A stretch of 64,000 nt of DNA from Candidatus Bathyarchaeia archaeon. GTDB lineage: Archaea > Thermoproteota > Bathyarchaeia > Bathyarchaeales > Bathycorpusculaceae. Each line of letters begins with the position of its first letter. The stretch's first letter is position 1. Under the pieces are notes generated by a model. The model saw only the letters and a program-made list of their open reading frames with translations. It made no database searches and had not been told where the DNA came from. The stretch lies in NCBI GenBank assembly GCA_049970895.1, contig JBMFMB010000003.1:9121-73120 (forward strand). The letters run 5' to 3'. Positions 37,315 through 46,779 of this stretch are shown here, piece by piece. The translations under genes were made by a program, and so were the position numbers.

Positions 37315-39672
37315 GTGTTTACCTTGAGCAAGAAAGGATTACACGTGAAAATTGCGGAAATGAAAACAGACTTGGGGCTTATAAAAAACCTTGAATTGTC
37401 CATTGGCAAAATAGTCGAAGAAGCATGGGCCGAACCGATGGGTCCAACGCCTTTTCCATCGCTCACAACCCTAAGAGAATGGGACATGAAGCTTCTACAA
37501 CGCTACAAGCCATTTTATTTGCCCTTCTGTGATGTTTGCTGTCTCTGCACTTTCGGCAAGTGCGACTTAACGGGCGGAAAGCGTGGAGCCTGCGGAATAG
37601 ACATGGCTGCCCAACAGTCCCGTATAGTACTTTTGGCATGCTGCATAGGGGCTGCAACTCACACTGGGCATGCTCGCCACCTTGTGGAGCACTTAATCGA
37701 GAAATATGGTAGAAGGATGCCTCTCGATGTTGGCGGGTTAAATGTTCAAGTGGAAGCGCCAGTCACAAGACTTGTTTGTGGAGTTAAACCGGAAACCCTC
37801 GGCGACCTTGAAGAAATATTGGATTATGTGGAAACACAGATAACCCATTGCTTGTCTGTTTGTCATACCGGGCAAGAGGGCGACAACCTAGATTTTGAGT
37901 CAAAAGTTTTCCATGTAGGCATGTTAGACCACGTTGGCATGGAAGTGGCTGACATAGCTCAAATAGCAGCTTACAACTTTCCAAAAGGAGATCCAGACGC
38001 GCCGCTGGTGGATTTGGGCTATGGCACAGTTAACATTGAGAAACCCGTAATCTTATGTATAGGGCATAATGTTGTCCCTTCAGTTGGCATAATTGACTAT
38101 ATGAAGGAGAATGGGCTTGACGGCGAAATCGAGGTTTGCGGGCTCTGCTGCACAGCCCACGACTTTACGCGGTACTACAAACGCGGCAAAATAATAGGCC
38201 CAATTTCATGGCAATTACGCTTCATTAGAAGCGGAGTCCCCGACGTTGTTGTATTGGACGAACAGTGCATTCGGACAGACTCGTTTTATGAGGCACAGCG
38301 AATTAAAGCGCCAGTCATAGTGGCTTCTGAAAAGAACTGCATGGGATTGCCAAACCGAACGAACGACCTAGCAGACGCAATAGTTGAAGACCTCGTAAGC
38401 GGCAAAATCCCCGGTGCTTTAATCCTTGACCCAGAGAAAGTTGGCGAAGTAGCCGCCAAAGTTGCCTTGAAAATTGCGCCTTTGAGGAAGAAGTTTAAGG
38501 CAATTCCAGAAGTGGACGAGGTTCTGCAAAAGGCGAAGGAGTGTAGGCAATGCGGTGACTGTCGTAGGGCTTGCCCCCAAGACCTGCACATTCCAGAAGC
38601 CATGAAAGCCGCCATGGAAGGCTCATTGGCTAAGCTTGCAGACCTTTACGATTTATGTGTTGGATGTGGCAGATGCGAAGAAGCGTGCCCAGCCGGCCTA
38701 CAAATCCACAGTTTCATTGTAAAGGCTGGCGAGAAAAAGCTGAAAGAGGAAACCTACAAGGTGCGGGCTGGAAGAGGACCAATACAAGATGTGGAAATCC
38801 GCAACGTTGGAAGCCCCATAGTGCTTGGCGAAATCCCAGGCGTGGTTGCCTTCGTGGGATGCGCCAACTATCCGAAGGGCGGAATTGAAGTTGCAGAAAT
38901 GTGCCGCGAATTCGCCAACAGGCGTTACATAGTTGTGACTTCTGGATGTGCCGCTATGACGGCTGGCATGTACAAGAATGAGGAGGGCAAAACGCCATAT
39001 GAGGAGTTTACTGGAGAGTTTGCGGCTGGAGGGGTGGTGAATGTTGGCTCATGTGTTGCTAATGCGCATATTGCTGGTGCAGCCATAAAAATAGCCAACA
39101 TATTCGCAAAAAGGAATTTGAGAGCTAATTATGAGGAGATAGCCGACTACATCCTCAACCGTGTGGGCGCCGTCGGCGTTGCATGGGGGGCCTACTCCCA
39201 AAAGGCTGCTTCCATAGCTTCTGGCTTCTGGCGTTTAGGCATCCCAGTAATTGTTGGCCCCCACGGCATAAAGTATAGGCGCATGTTGTTGGGGAGGGCT
39301 GACCGCGAAGAAGACTGGTATGTTTATGACGCGCGTACTGGCGAGAAGGTGTATGTTGGACCCACCCCAGAGCACTTGTTCTATGCGGCTGAAACTAAGG
39401 AAGAAGCCATGGTTATGATTGCAAAGCTTTGCATGCGTCCCAACGACACGACAAAGGGGCGAGCCATAAAGCTAACTCATTATATTGACTTGCACAAACG
39501 CCTTTATGGGGCAATGCCCGAAGACATCCACCGCTTCGTGCGAACGGTTGCTGACATACCCGTAACAATGAAGGATGAAATCATCAAAATCCTTGAAGAG
39601 AAGGGCTGGAAAGAAACGGTGATTCCAGACCCGACGCTTTTGCCTAGACTTATTAGGAAAAAGAAGGAGTAA
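37315..39672 (+). CDS. cdhA: CODH/ACS alpha subunit
   Basis: CCLCTFGKC, GHN, GLCCTAHD, two ferredoxin motifs and GSCVAN. Confidence 0.97.
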   Translation: MFTLSKKGLHVKIAEMKTDLGLIKNLELSIGKIVEEAWAEPMGPTPFPSLTTLREWDMKLLQRYKPFYLPFCDVCCLCTFGKCDLTGGKRGACGIDMAAQQSRIVLLACCIGAATHTGHARHLVEHLIEKYGRRMPLDVGGLNVQVEAPVTRLVCGVKPETLGDLEEILDYVETQITHCLSVCHTGQEGDNLDFESKVFHVGMLDHVGMEVADIAQIAAYNFPKGDPDAPLVDLGYGTVNIEKPVILCIGHNVVPSVGIIDYMKENGLDGEIEVCGLCCTAHDFTRYYKRGKIIGPISWQLRFIRSGVPDVVVLDEQCIRTDSFYEAQRIKAPVIVASEKNCMGLPNRTNDLADAIVEDLVSGKIPGALILDPEKVGEVAAKVALKIAPLRKKFKAIPEVDEVLQKAKECRQCGDCRRACPQDLHIPEAMKAAMEGSLAKLADLYDLCVGCGRCEEACPAGLQIHSFIVKAGEKKLKEETYKVRAGRGPIQDVEIRNVGSPIVLGEIPGVVAFVGCANYPKGGIEVAEMCREFANRRYIVVTSGCAAMTAGMYKNEEGKTPYEEFTGEFAAGGVVNVGSCVANAHIAGAAIKIANIFAKRNLRANYEEIADYILNRVGAVGVAWGAYSQKAASIASGFWRLGIPVIVGPHGIKYRRMLLGRADREEDWYVYDARTGEKVYVGPTPEHLFYAAETKEEAMVMIAKLCMRPNDTTKGRAIKLTHYIDLHKRLYGAMPEDIHRFVRTVADIPVTMKDEIIKILEEKGWKETVIPDPTLLPRLIRKKKE

Positions 39673-39690
39673 AAACGGAGGGACGCGTAT

Positions 39691-40221
39691 ATGGCGGCGG
39701 AACCCTGGCAGACAGCTGAAATTCCTGGACCCAAAAAGGCACTTGTCATAACAAAGCCTGAAGTTGTTGCAGCAATGATTAAGCGGGCTAAGCATCCGGT
39801 GCTTGTTGTTGGGCATAAGGCGGCTGAAATAGAATTTGAAGGCGGAAAACTCATAGACTTCATCATCGAATTTTCAAAGAAGAGCGACATTCCAGTTGTG
39901 GCAACAGCCCACATGATAGGCGAATTCACAAGACGCGGCTTCAAACCAGCAGCCTTCATGCCAGCAGTAGACATTGGAAATCGCCTCGTTGACCCCTCTT
40001 GGACCGGTGTGGATGGTAAGGGACAGCATGACTTAGTCTTATTTGTTGGGCTTTACTATTACATGGAGTGGACTATTTTGTCTGGGCTGAAGCACTTCGC
40101 TCAACACCTGAAAACAATTTCGCTGGATAATGTTTATCATCCTCATGCAAGTTGGTCTTTCCCAAACCTTTCCTACGAGGAGTGGGTGAAAAACCTTAAA
40201 GTCATAATGGAGAAAGTTTGA
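39691..40221 (+). CDS. cdhB: CODH/ACS epsilon subunit
   Basis: AKHPVLVVG, W.G.DG.G.HD and SFPNL. Confidence 0.95.
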   Translation: MAAEPWQTAEIPGPKKALVITKPEVVAAMIKRAKHPVLVVGHKAAEIEFEGGKLIDFIIEFSKKSDIPVVATAHMIGEFTRRGFKPAAFMPAVDIGNRLVDPSWTGVDGKGQHDLVLFVGLYYYMEWTILSGLKHFAQHLKTISLDNVYHPHASWSFPNLSYEEWVKNLKVIMEKV

Positions 40222-40238
40222 AGGAGGCGAAACTTGAA

Positions 40239-41663
40239 ATGAGCATGTTTCAGGACATACCCGTCGACGTCGGAGTAATCTACGAGGGCGAACGCATAAG
40301 AAGAAAAGACATGTACGTGGAGCTGGGTGGACCAGACGTCAAAGAAAAATTTGAGCTTGCAAGAGTCAAAAAGCCAGATGAAGTTGAAGATGGAAAAATA
40401 ACCATCATTGGACCAGACATTAAGGACATGGAGGAGGGCAAAACCTACCCTTTCGGCATCATCATTGAAGTGGCTGGAGCCAAACTTGAGCCAGAGCTGG
40501 AAGGCGTTATTGAGAGGCGAATTCACGCCTACTGCAATTATATTGAGGGTTTTATGCATCTAAACCAGCGTTATGACATTTGGCTTAGGCTTAGCAAGAA
40601 GTCCTATCAGAAGGGCTTAAACTCTTTCCAATATATTGGCAAGGTTTTACATAGGCTGTTTAAGAGCGAACTACCAATAGTCGAGAAGATGCAAATAACC
40701 TTCATAACAGACGCCGAAAAAGTCAAGGAGCTTTACCCACAAGCACTGCAGATTTACGAGGCAAGGGACGCCAGGGCTAGGGGGCTTAAAGACGAGGAAG
40801 TGGACAAGTTTTATGGATGCATCCTATGCCAGTCTTTTGCACCAACCCACTGCTGTGTGATAACGCCTCAACGCTATTCCAACTGCGGCGCCATAAGCTG
40901 GTTTGACGCTAGAGCTTCAGCAAACATAGACCCAAAAGGTCCAATATTCGAAATTGACAAAGGCGAACTCCTAGACCCTGTTAAGGGCGAGTATTCAGGC
41001 GTTAACGAGGCTGTTAAGAAACGCACATTAGGCGAAATAACCCGCGTTTGGCTTTACACAGCTTTTGGCTATCCGCACACTTCTTGTGGCTGTTTTGAGG
41101 GCGTTGCCTTCTACATCCCAGAGGTGGACGGCTTCGGCATAGTGCACAGAGGCTACAAGGATGTAACCGTAAACGGCTTAGCCTTCTCAACACTAGCGGA
41201 TTCGACTGCTGGCGGACGGCAGGTGGACGGCTTCCATGGCATATCCATCGAATATATGCGCTCTCCAAAGTTTCTGCAGGCTGACGGCGGCTACAAACGT
41301 GTCGTCTGGATGCCTAAAGAGGTGAAGGAACGCGTGAAGAGCTTCATCCCAGCCGATCTTGTGGACAAGATCGCCACCGAGGAGGATGCCAAAACCATTG
41401 ATGAGTTGAAAGCCTTCCTGAAAGAGCGTGGTCACCCAGTTGTGGAACGCTGGAAGGAGGAGGTTGTGGCGGTTCCAGAGGCTGTTCCAGCAGAAGCCGC
41501 TGAAGCTAGGGAGGAGGCTGCACCAGCAACGGTTCCAGCAATTACTGCGGCAACCCTGCCCATACCCGCTGGAGGATACAAAATCATATTAAAAGACGCC
41601 AAAATCTACGCAAAACGCGTCATAATAAAGACTGTTAAAAGCGAGAAGTCTGAGAAAAGGTGA
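40239..41663 (+). CDS. cdhC: CODH/ACS beta subunit (acetyl-CoA synthase)
   Basis: GCILCQSFAPTH and PHTSCGCFE; GGAGG SD before ATG 40239. Confidence 0.97.
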   Translation: MSMFQDIPVDVGVIYEGERIRRKDMYVELGGPDVKEKFELARVKKPDEVEDGKITIIGPDIKDMEEGKTYPFGIIIEVAGAKLEPELEGVIERRIHAYCNYIEGFMHLNQRYDIWLRLSKKSYQKGLNSFQYIGKVLHRLFKSELPIVEKMQITFITDAEKVKELYPQALQIYEARDARARGLKDEEVDKFYGCILCQSFAPTHCCVITPQRYSNCGAISWFDARASANIDPKGPIFEIDKGELLDPVKGEYSGVNEAVKKRTLGEITRVWLYTAFGYPHTSCGCFEGVAFYIPEVDGFGIVHRGYKDVTVNGLAFSTLADSTAGGRQVDGFHGISIEYMRSPKFLQADGGYKRVVWMPKEVKERVKSFIPADLVDKIATEEDAKTIDELKAFLKERGHPVVERWKEEVVAVPEAVPAEAAEAREEAAPATVPAITAATLPIPAGGYKIILKDAKIYAKRVIIKTVKSEKSEKR

Positions 41664-41669
41664 AGGAAC

Positions 41670-42896
41670 TTGGCTGAAAAGCAGGAAAAGGACGAAACAG
41701 TTTTAGGCTTGAAGCTGAACTCGCGGCTTCTGGAGCTACTGGCAAAGCTTCAGGAAGTTGAACTTGAAGACTTCGAGATGGAGGTTGGCGACCTAGAGAT
41801 TTGGCTTCAACCCGGCGCAGTTGCTGTCCCACCAGCGGTAGCTCCGCCGAAAGTTGCACCACCAGTTAAGGCTAAACCAACACAAATAATTGAAGCTGAG
41901 TTTGTTCCGCCCGTTGAAACTTATCCAGGCAGGGTTGTGGAGGTTAAGCTTGGCGCCACACGAAGCGAAGGAGGCACACGCGGCAAAACCGTGGTAATTG
42001 GTGGCGAAACCACACCAGCCTTCTACACCTTTGAGAGACCCACGCTCCATCCGCCAGTCATATCCCTAGACGTTTTCGACATGGAAGTGCCATTAGCTAA
42101 AGCCGTGAAAATGCATGTCAAGGATGTGTTAGGCGACCCTGCGGCTTGGGCTAGGCTGGCTGTTGAAAAGTTTGGCGCAGATATGATTACAATTCACCTC
42201 ATCAGCATTGACCCGCTGGTTAAGGATGCCTCGCCCAAAGAGGCTGTTAAAACCGTTGAGGCTGTTGCCCAAGCCGTCGATGTGCCACTGATCATTGGAG
42301 GCTGCGGAGACCCTGCGAAGGACGCAGATGTTTTCCAAGAGGTTTGCGAAACATTTGCTGGCGAGCGTTTCTTGATAAGCTCTATCACTAGGGATATGGA
42401 TGTTGAGCGTTGTGCCAAATTCGTCAAGAAGAATGGGCATGTGGCACTTTCTTTTACGCCTATGGACTTAAACTTGGCTAGGGAGCTTAACCGCCGATTA
42501 TACGATTTCTTGCCAAAAGAGGATATTGTCATGGACCTGACAACGGCGGCTTTAGGCTACGGTTTAGACTACGCGTTTACTAATATGGAGAGAGCCCGTC
42601 TAGCAGCTTTGATGGGCGATCCCGAGCTGGCTCATCCCATGTCCTCTGGAACAACAAACGCTTGGGCAGCCCGTGAAGCATGGATGAAAATGGCTCCAGA
42701 ATGGGAACCCCGAGAACTCCGCGGACCATTATGGGAGGTTGTAACCGCTTTGACGCTTCTATTGGCTGGTGTAGACCTATTCATGATGATGCATCCAGCA
42801 GCCGTCAAAACTGTCAAGGATGTTATTGCCCAGCTTATGGGTGGCAAGTCTGGAGACGCTGAACGCCTCGTGGAATGGGTTACCGTCAAGGTTTAG
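41670..42896 (+). CDS. cdhD: CODH/ACS delta subunit (CoFeSP small)
   Basis: MDLTTAALGYGLDY, AWAAREAW and MMHP. Confidence 0.95.
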   Translation: MAEKQEKDETVLGLKLNSRLLELLAKLQEVELEDFEMEVGDLEIWLQPGAVAVPPAVAPPKVAPPVKAKPTQIIEAEFVPPVETYPGRVVEVKLGATRSEGGTRGKTVVIGGETTPAFYTFERPTLHPPVISLDVFDMEVPLAKAVKMHVKDVLGDPAAWARLAVEKFGADMITIHLISIDPLVKDASPKEAVKTVEAVAQAVDVPLIIGGCGDPAKDADVFQEVCETFAGERFLISSITRDMDVERCAKFVKKNGHVALSFTPMDLNLARELNRRLYDFLPKEDIVMDLTTAALGYGLDYAFTNMERARLAALMGDPELAHPMSSGTTNAWAAREAWMKMAPEWEPRELRGPLWEVVTALTLLLAGVDLFMMMHPAAVKTVKDVIAQLMGGKSGDAERLVEWVTVKV

Positions 42897-42910
42897 GCGC
42901 TTAATGGAGG

Positions 42911-44365
42911 TTGAAACTTATGAGTGAAAGAGAAGCGAAGGGCAAGATTGACGTTAAAGAGCTTAGCCCAATAGACGTTTACAAGCTTCTGCCCCGCACA
43001 AACTGCAAGGAGTGCGGCGAAGAAAACTGCATGGCCTTCGCCACAAAAGTCGTAAACCGCGAAGTCCCCATCGAAAAGTGCAAGCCAATTTTGAAGAAGG
43101 AGTTTGAGAAGGCTTACAAGCAGCTAAAGGAGATGCTCAAGCCAGCCATAAAAGAGGTTGTTGTCGGCACCGGCGAAGGGGCTATCAAGATTGGTGGAAA
43201 ACTAGTGATGTACCGCCACGAGCTCACATACTTTAACCCAACAGCCATAGCCATAGACGTCACGGACGAGATGTCAGAAGAAGAAATCCTAAGCCGCGTT
43301 AAACGTGTTGAAGAGTTCCGCTACGAGTATATCGGGCAGATTTTGAAGCTGGACATGATTGCCATCCGCTCCACGTCCAACGACCCAGACAAGTTTAAGG
43401 CAACAGTCAAGAAAGTGGCTGAAAACACAAAACTGCCAATGATTTTGTGCTCGCTGAACCCAACGGTTTTAGAAGCTGGGTTGATGGCTGCTCCCAAGGC
43501 TAGACCACTCTTGTATGCGGCTACTAAGGATAATTGGCGGGAGATGGCTGAACTAGCCCTAATGTACGGCTGCCCACTGGCTGTTTTTGCACCCAACAAC
43601 CTTAAACTCTTGAAGTCATTGGCTAAGACGCTATTGGAATACGGCGTTGAAGACTTGGTTCTGGATCCGGGCACTTTCGCTGGCGAAGGCTTGGCAGACA
43701 CCCTAAACAATTTCACAATGATTAGGCGTTTGGCCTGTAAGCATGGCGACGAACTTTTCGGCTTTCCATTAATGGGTGTGCCGATGACCGTTTGGCTTGA
43801 CAGCGCCGGATTAGCCCAAGAAATTGTCAAATGGCGGGAAGCCTACTTGGCTGCTATGCTCATAGTTCGTTTCGCCGACATCCTCATAATGCACAGCCTA
43901 GACGGTTGGGCTCTACTACCAAACGTCATTTTAAGGGCTAACATTTACACAGACCCCCGCAAGCCAGTTGCCGTGGAGCCGGGCTTGAAGGTTTTTGGAA
44001 CTCCAGACGAGAATTCGCCAGTAATGTTCACCACAAACTTCGCCCTAACATACTATACAGTGGCTTCAGACATAGAATCAGCAAAAATAAACGCGTATTT
44101 GCTTGTTGTGGACACCGAGGGCATAGCGGTAGACAGCGCAGTAGCCGGCCGCAAACTAACAGCAGAAAAGGTAGCCGAAGCAATAAAGGCTTCTGGAATA
44201 GAAAGCAAGGTGAAACACAGAAAACTGATTATTCCGGGCAAGGCTGCGCGCCTAAGCGGAGAAATAGAAGAGCTAAGCGGATGGCAAGTCCTAGTAGGCC
44301 CCAGAGACTCGTCGGAGATTCCAAAATTCTTGCAAGAAAAGTGGCAAACAAGCCAAAATCCCTAA
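42911..44365 (+). CDS. cdhE: CODH/ACS gamma subunit (CoFeSP large)
   Basis: LP.TNCKECG..CMAFA, IYTDPRKP and TTNFALTYY. Confidence 0.96.
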   Translation: MKLMSEREAKGKIDVKELSPIDVYKLLPRTNCKECGEENCMAFATKVVNREVPIEKCKPILKKEFEKAYKQLKEMLKPAIKEVVVGTGEGAIKIGGKLVMYRHELTYFNPTAIAIDVTDEMSEEEILSRVKRVEEFRYEYIGQILKLDMIAIRSTSNDPDKFKATVKKVAENTKLPMILCSLNPTVLEAGLMAAPKARPLLYAATKDNWREMAELALMYGCPLAVFAPNNLKLLKSLAKTLLEYGVEDLVLDPGTFAGEGLADTLNNFTMIRRLACKHGDELFGFPLMGVPMTVWLDSAGLAQEIVKWREAYLAAMLIVRFADILIMHSLDGWALLPNVILRANIYTDPRKPVAVEPGLKVFGTPDENSPVMFTTNFALTYYTVASDIESAKINAYLLVVDTEGIAVDSAVAGRKLTAEKVAEAIKASGIESKVKHRKLIIPGKAARLSGEIEELSGWQVLVGPRDSSEIPKFLQEKWQTSQNP

Positions 44366-44476
44366 CTACTGTTTTATTGGTGGAAAACTCTATAGAGGGG
44401 AGGGGTAGGTGAAAATAGCGCCTGAAAACCGTCCAAATTCCTATCATCAACAAAATTGACATGCTTGCCGCTTATT

Positions 44477-44959
44477 TTATGTCATTTGTGGTTTGTATAG
44501 CTTCAAGTATTCTGTGGCTGTTGGGAATATTGCCCTAACCCTTTCGTGGCGTTTTTTGGCGTTTATGGCGTTTTCTAACATTGTGAAAGCCCTTGATGTG
44601 CTAAACCTTTCTGTTTCGCCATTCTCCCTTCTCCGCACGACCTTTATGCAGTTGTCCACTATGCAGTTTAGCACGCATGCTCCACAGTATATGCAAAGCT
44701 CCTCCGTTATACCAACTTCGCCTGTTGCCCGCCAAAACAGGGCGTTTGTTGGGCAAGCCTTAATGCACAATTTACACTCTACACCTTTGCATGTGCGCTT
44801 GTCTATTGTTATGCTTCCGCCGACAAAGAATTCTTTAACGCCCAAGGGTGCGAGAAGTTCTTCTCGGCGTTTTCGCTTTTCCTTCTCACTGGTTTCAACA
44901 AGCAGGCTAAATATGTCGGATGCTGCGGATTCACCGGGCTTGACGCCTTTCCTCTCCAT
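44477..44959 (-). CDS. 4Fe-4S ferredoxin-domain protein
   Basis: CKGVECKLCIKACP and CIYCGACVLNC. Confidence 0.88.
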   Translation of the reverse strand: MERKGVKPGESAASDIFSLLVETSEKEKRKRREELLAPLGVKEFFVGGSITIDKRTCKGVECKLCIKACPTNALFWRATGEVGITEELCIYCGACVLNCIVDNCIKVVRRRENGETERFSTSRAFTMLENAINAKKRHERVRAIFPTATEYLKLYKPQMT

Positions 44960-45158
44960 TCAATTTCATCTTGCCAATGCCTTACAAGAAAGTACTAGCC
45001 GTTCACAATTATAACTATTTTATTCAATAAACATCCAATACGATATCAAAATCTAAGGAGTCAACTATCTAATCCGTTAGTCAAGCACGCTTAACCGATA
45101 AGACTTCAAGCTTAGTCTATTCGCCCAAGAGCTTCCTAAGACTAAAGTTATTCTCGCC

Positions 45159-45431
45159 TTACTGAACTTTTGCTTGTTCTGGTTCTGGACCAGCCATGAT
45201 GTTCGTGGATACGCCAAGCCTATGTTCAAGCTCACTTATGCGGGATTCAAGCTTCTCAATGCTTTCATTCTTAATCCTAACCTTTTGTTCCAGTTCTTTT
45301 ATGGCTAGCTTTTCCTCCAGCAGCCGTGCTCTTTCCTCTAGGGTTTTCTCCTTCTCTTCCAGCGAATGAAGCTGAAACTCCAGCTCAGCCTTCTTCTTCT
45401 GTAAGTCTTCGATTTCATGCCACAAAGTCAA
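45159..45431 (-). CDS. Coiled-coil hypothetical protein
   Basis: Continuous E/K/L heptad pattern. Confidence 0.7.
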   Translation of the reverse strand: MTLWHEIEDLQKKKAELEFQLHSLEEKEKTLEERARLLEEKLAIKELEQKVRIKNESIEKLESRISELEHRLGVSTNIMAGPEPEQAKVQ

Positions 45432-45572
45432 ATTCCTTACACCATCCGTAAGCTTTACACCCTACAAATAATTAGGGTTATGAATCCAGAATCCATATCA
45501 AAAATCAGTAGCCAAAACCGCAAAGAATATAGCGATACAGGGCGTTTAGCCTAGATGAGAGGGTTAGAAGCA

Positions 45573-45749
45573 ATGTGCGAGTTTAAAGTTATACTAGATG
45601 GAAAAGAAGTTTGGAACGACGTTGTCTATGCAAAGGCTGAGGGCGGAAAAGTAACAGTTAAGGACGTTTCTGGACAAGCAAAGGAGTTTAAAAACTGCAA
45701 GATTGTTGAAGTGGATGTAAACACAACCCGCCTAGTGCTAGCCCATTAA
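45573..45749 (+). CDS. cooT: CooT-family nickel-binding protein
   Basis: MCE start, DV...DVSG...IVEVD; lies near the cdh operon. Confidence 0.8.
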   Translation: MCEFKVILDGKEVWNDVVYAKAEGGKVTVKDVSGQAKEFKNCKIVEVDVNTTRLVLAH

Positions 45750-46583
45750 ACCCGCCAAAAAGCCAAGAAGCCAAACGACAAGAAAGCCGAAAACCAGACC
45801 AAAAGCTATTGGAAAAGGCAGTCCAGGAAAAACTCCACCCTTCTCAAGCATTTTAAAAGCCAAAAAACATCCCATTAGAATGCCAGCCACAGAGGCTAAG
45901 CATGGCAGAGAGCCAAAATAGATGAGCATGTGCCCCACAAGCATGGAATAGAAGGTTAGGTCGCCAAGCCCCATGTGAATCTCCCTAAAAGAGAAGCTTA
46001 AACCCCTAAACTTTTCCAAGCCTTCACGGGCAATCTTACCAACTGGTCCCCGGTAAACGGCAAAGGCGTCATAAACAGCCAAAAAACAAAGGATGAGGAC
46101 GGCGCTTAAAGTTGGAACACAAGCCCCCAGAAAAGCCCCGAGAGCACCACCCAACAAAACCACTAGGAAGTCGCCCACTCTGCTGCGAGTTTTAAAGATT
46201 ATGTAGCATGTAAAAGCCGTTAGCATAATTGATGTTGGAACCAGAACTTCGATGAGGGATAAACAGAAAAGTGTTAGGACTGCCGAAAAATAGACAAATG
46301 AGAGGAGAAATGTGGCTGTAGCCAGAGAAAAGCCAGTAACAATAGCAATAAGCCTATGGCTCCCCCTTTTCAAAAGGGAAAATAAAACAGTGGCTCCAAA
46401 TCCGACTAAAACAACAAAGTACATGGCGTTCCCAAGGGAGCCAGCCGGATCCCCTGAAAACGGGGTAATGCTATAAAGCTCAATATGGGAGGCAAAAAGA
46501 AGATAAGCACATAAAAAGCCCACAGTCACACTTGCCAAAACAGGAGCCAGATGGATTAATCCAGCCCTGAAGCCTTCCCCCAA
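45738..46583 (-). CDS. Presenilin-like (A22) intramembrane aspartyl protease
   Basis: LAVYD, MGLGD and PGLP motifs; multiple TM segments. Confidence 0.88.
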   Translation of the reverse strand: MGEGFRAGLIHLAPVLASVTVGFLCAYLLFASHIELYSITPFSGDPAGSLGNAMYFVVLVGFGATVLFSLLKRGSHRLIAIVTGFSLATATFLLSFVYFSAVLTLFCLSLIEVLVPTSIMLTAFTCYIIFKTRSRVGDFLVVLLGGALGAFLGACVPTLSAVLILCFLAVYDAFAVYRGPVGKIAREGLEKFRGLSFSFREIHMGLGDLTFYSMLVGHMLIYFGSLPCLASVAGILMGCFLAFKMLEKGGVFPGLPFPIAFGLVFGFLVVWLLGFLAGLMG

Positions 46584-46758
46584 TTTATCACCAGGCTTTT
46601 AATAGAGATTTTCAAGCCTTAAAATGCATTTGAACTAGAATAAACTTTTCCTATAATCGGCTTCGAAGATGGAGCAATGTTTTGAATACTAATTTCGGCT
46701 AAATACGCCAAATTCAGCCTAAAAATCTGTAAATGCTTTATATCTTCGGCTAACAGAA

Positions 46759-46775
46759 TATCACTGGCAGTGAAA
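46759..46775 (+). promoter_or_regulatory. TGM-like operator (TrmBL1/Tgr-type site)
   Basis: TATCAC-TGGCA-GTGAAA versus consensus TATCAC-N5-GTGATA, between the TTTATA box and the fba ATG. Confidence 0.6.
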
Positions 46776-46779
46776 TTTC

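Noticed and set aside
45040-45150. Intergenic stretch with short AGACT/AGTCT inverted words, possible ncRNA
   Set aside because: Stems are short and alternative; no recognisable family or promoter
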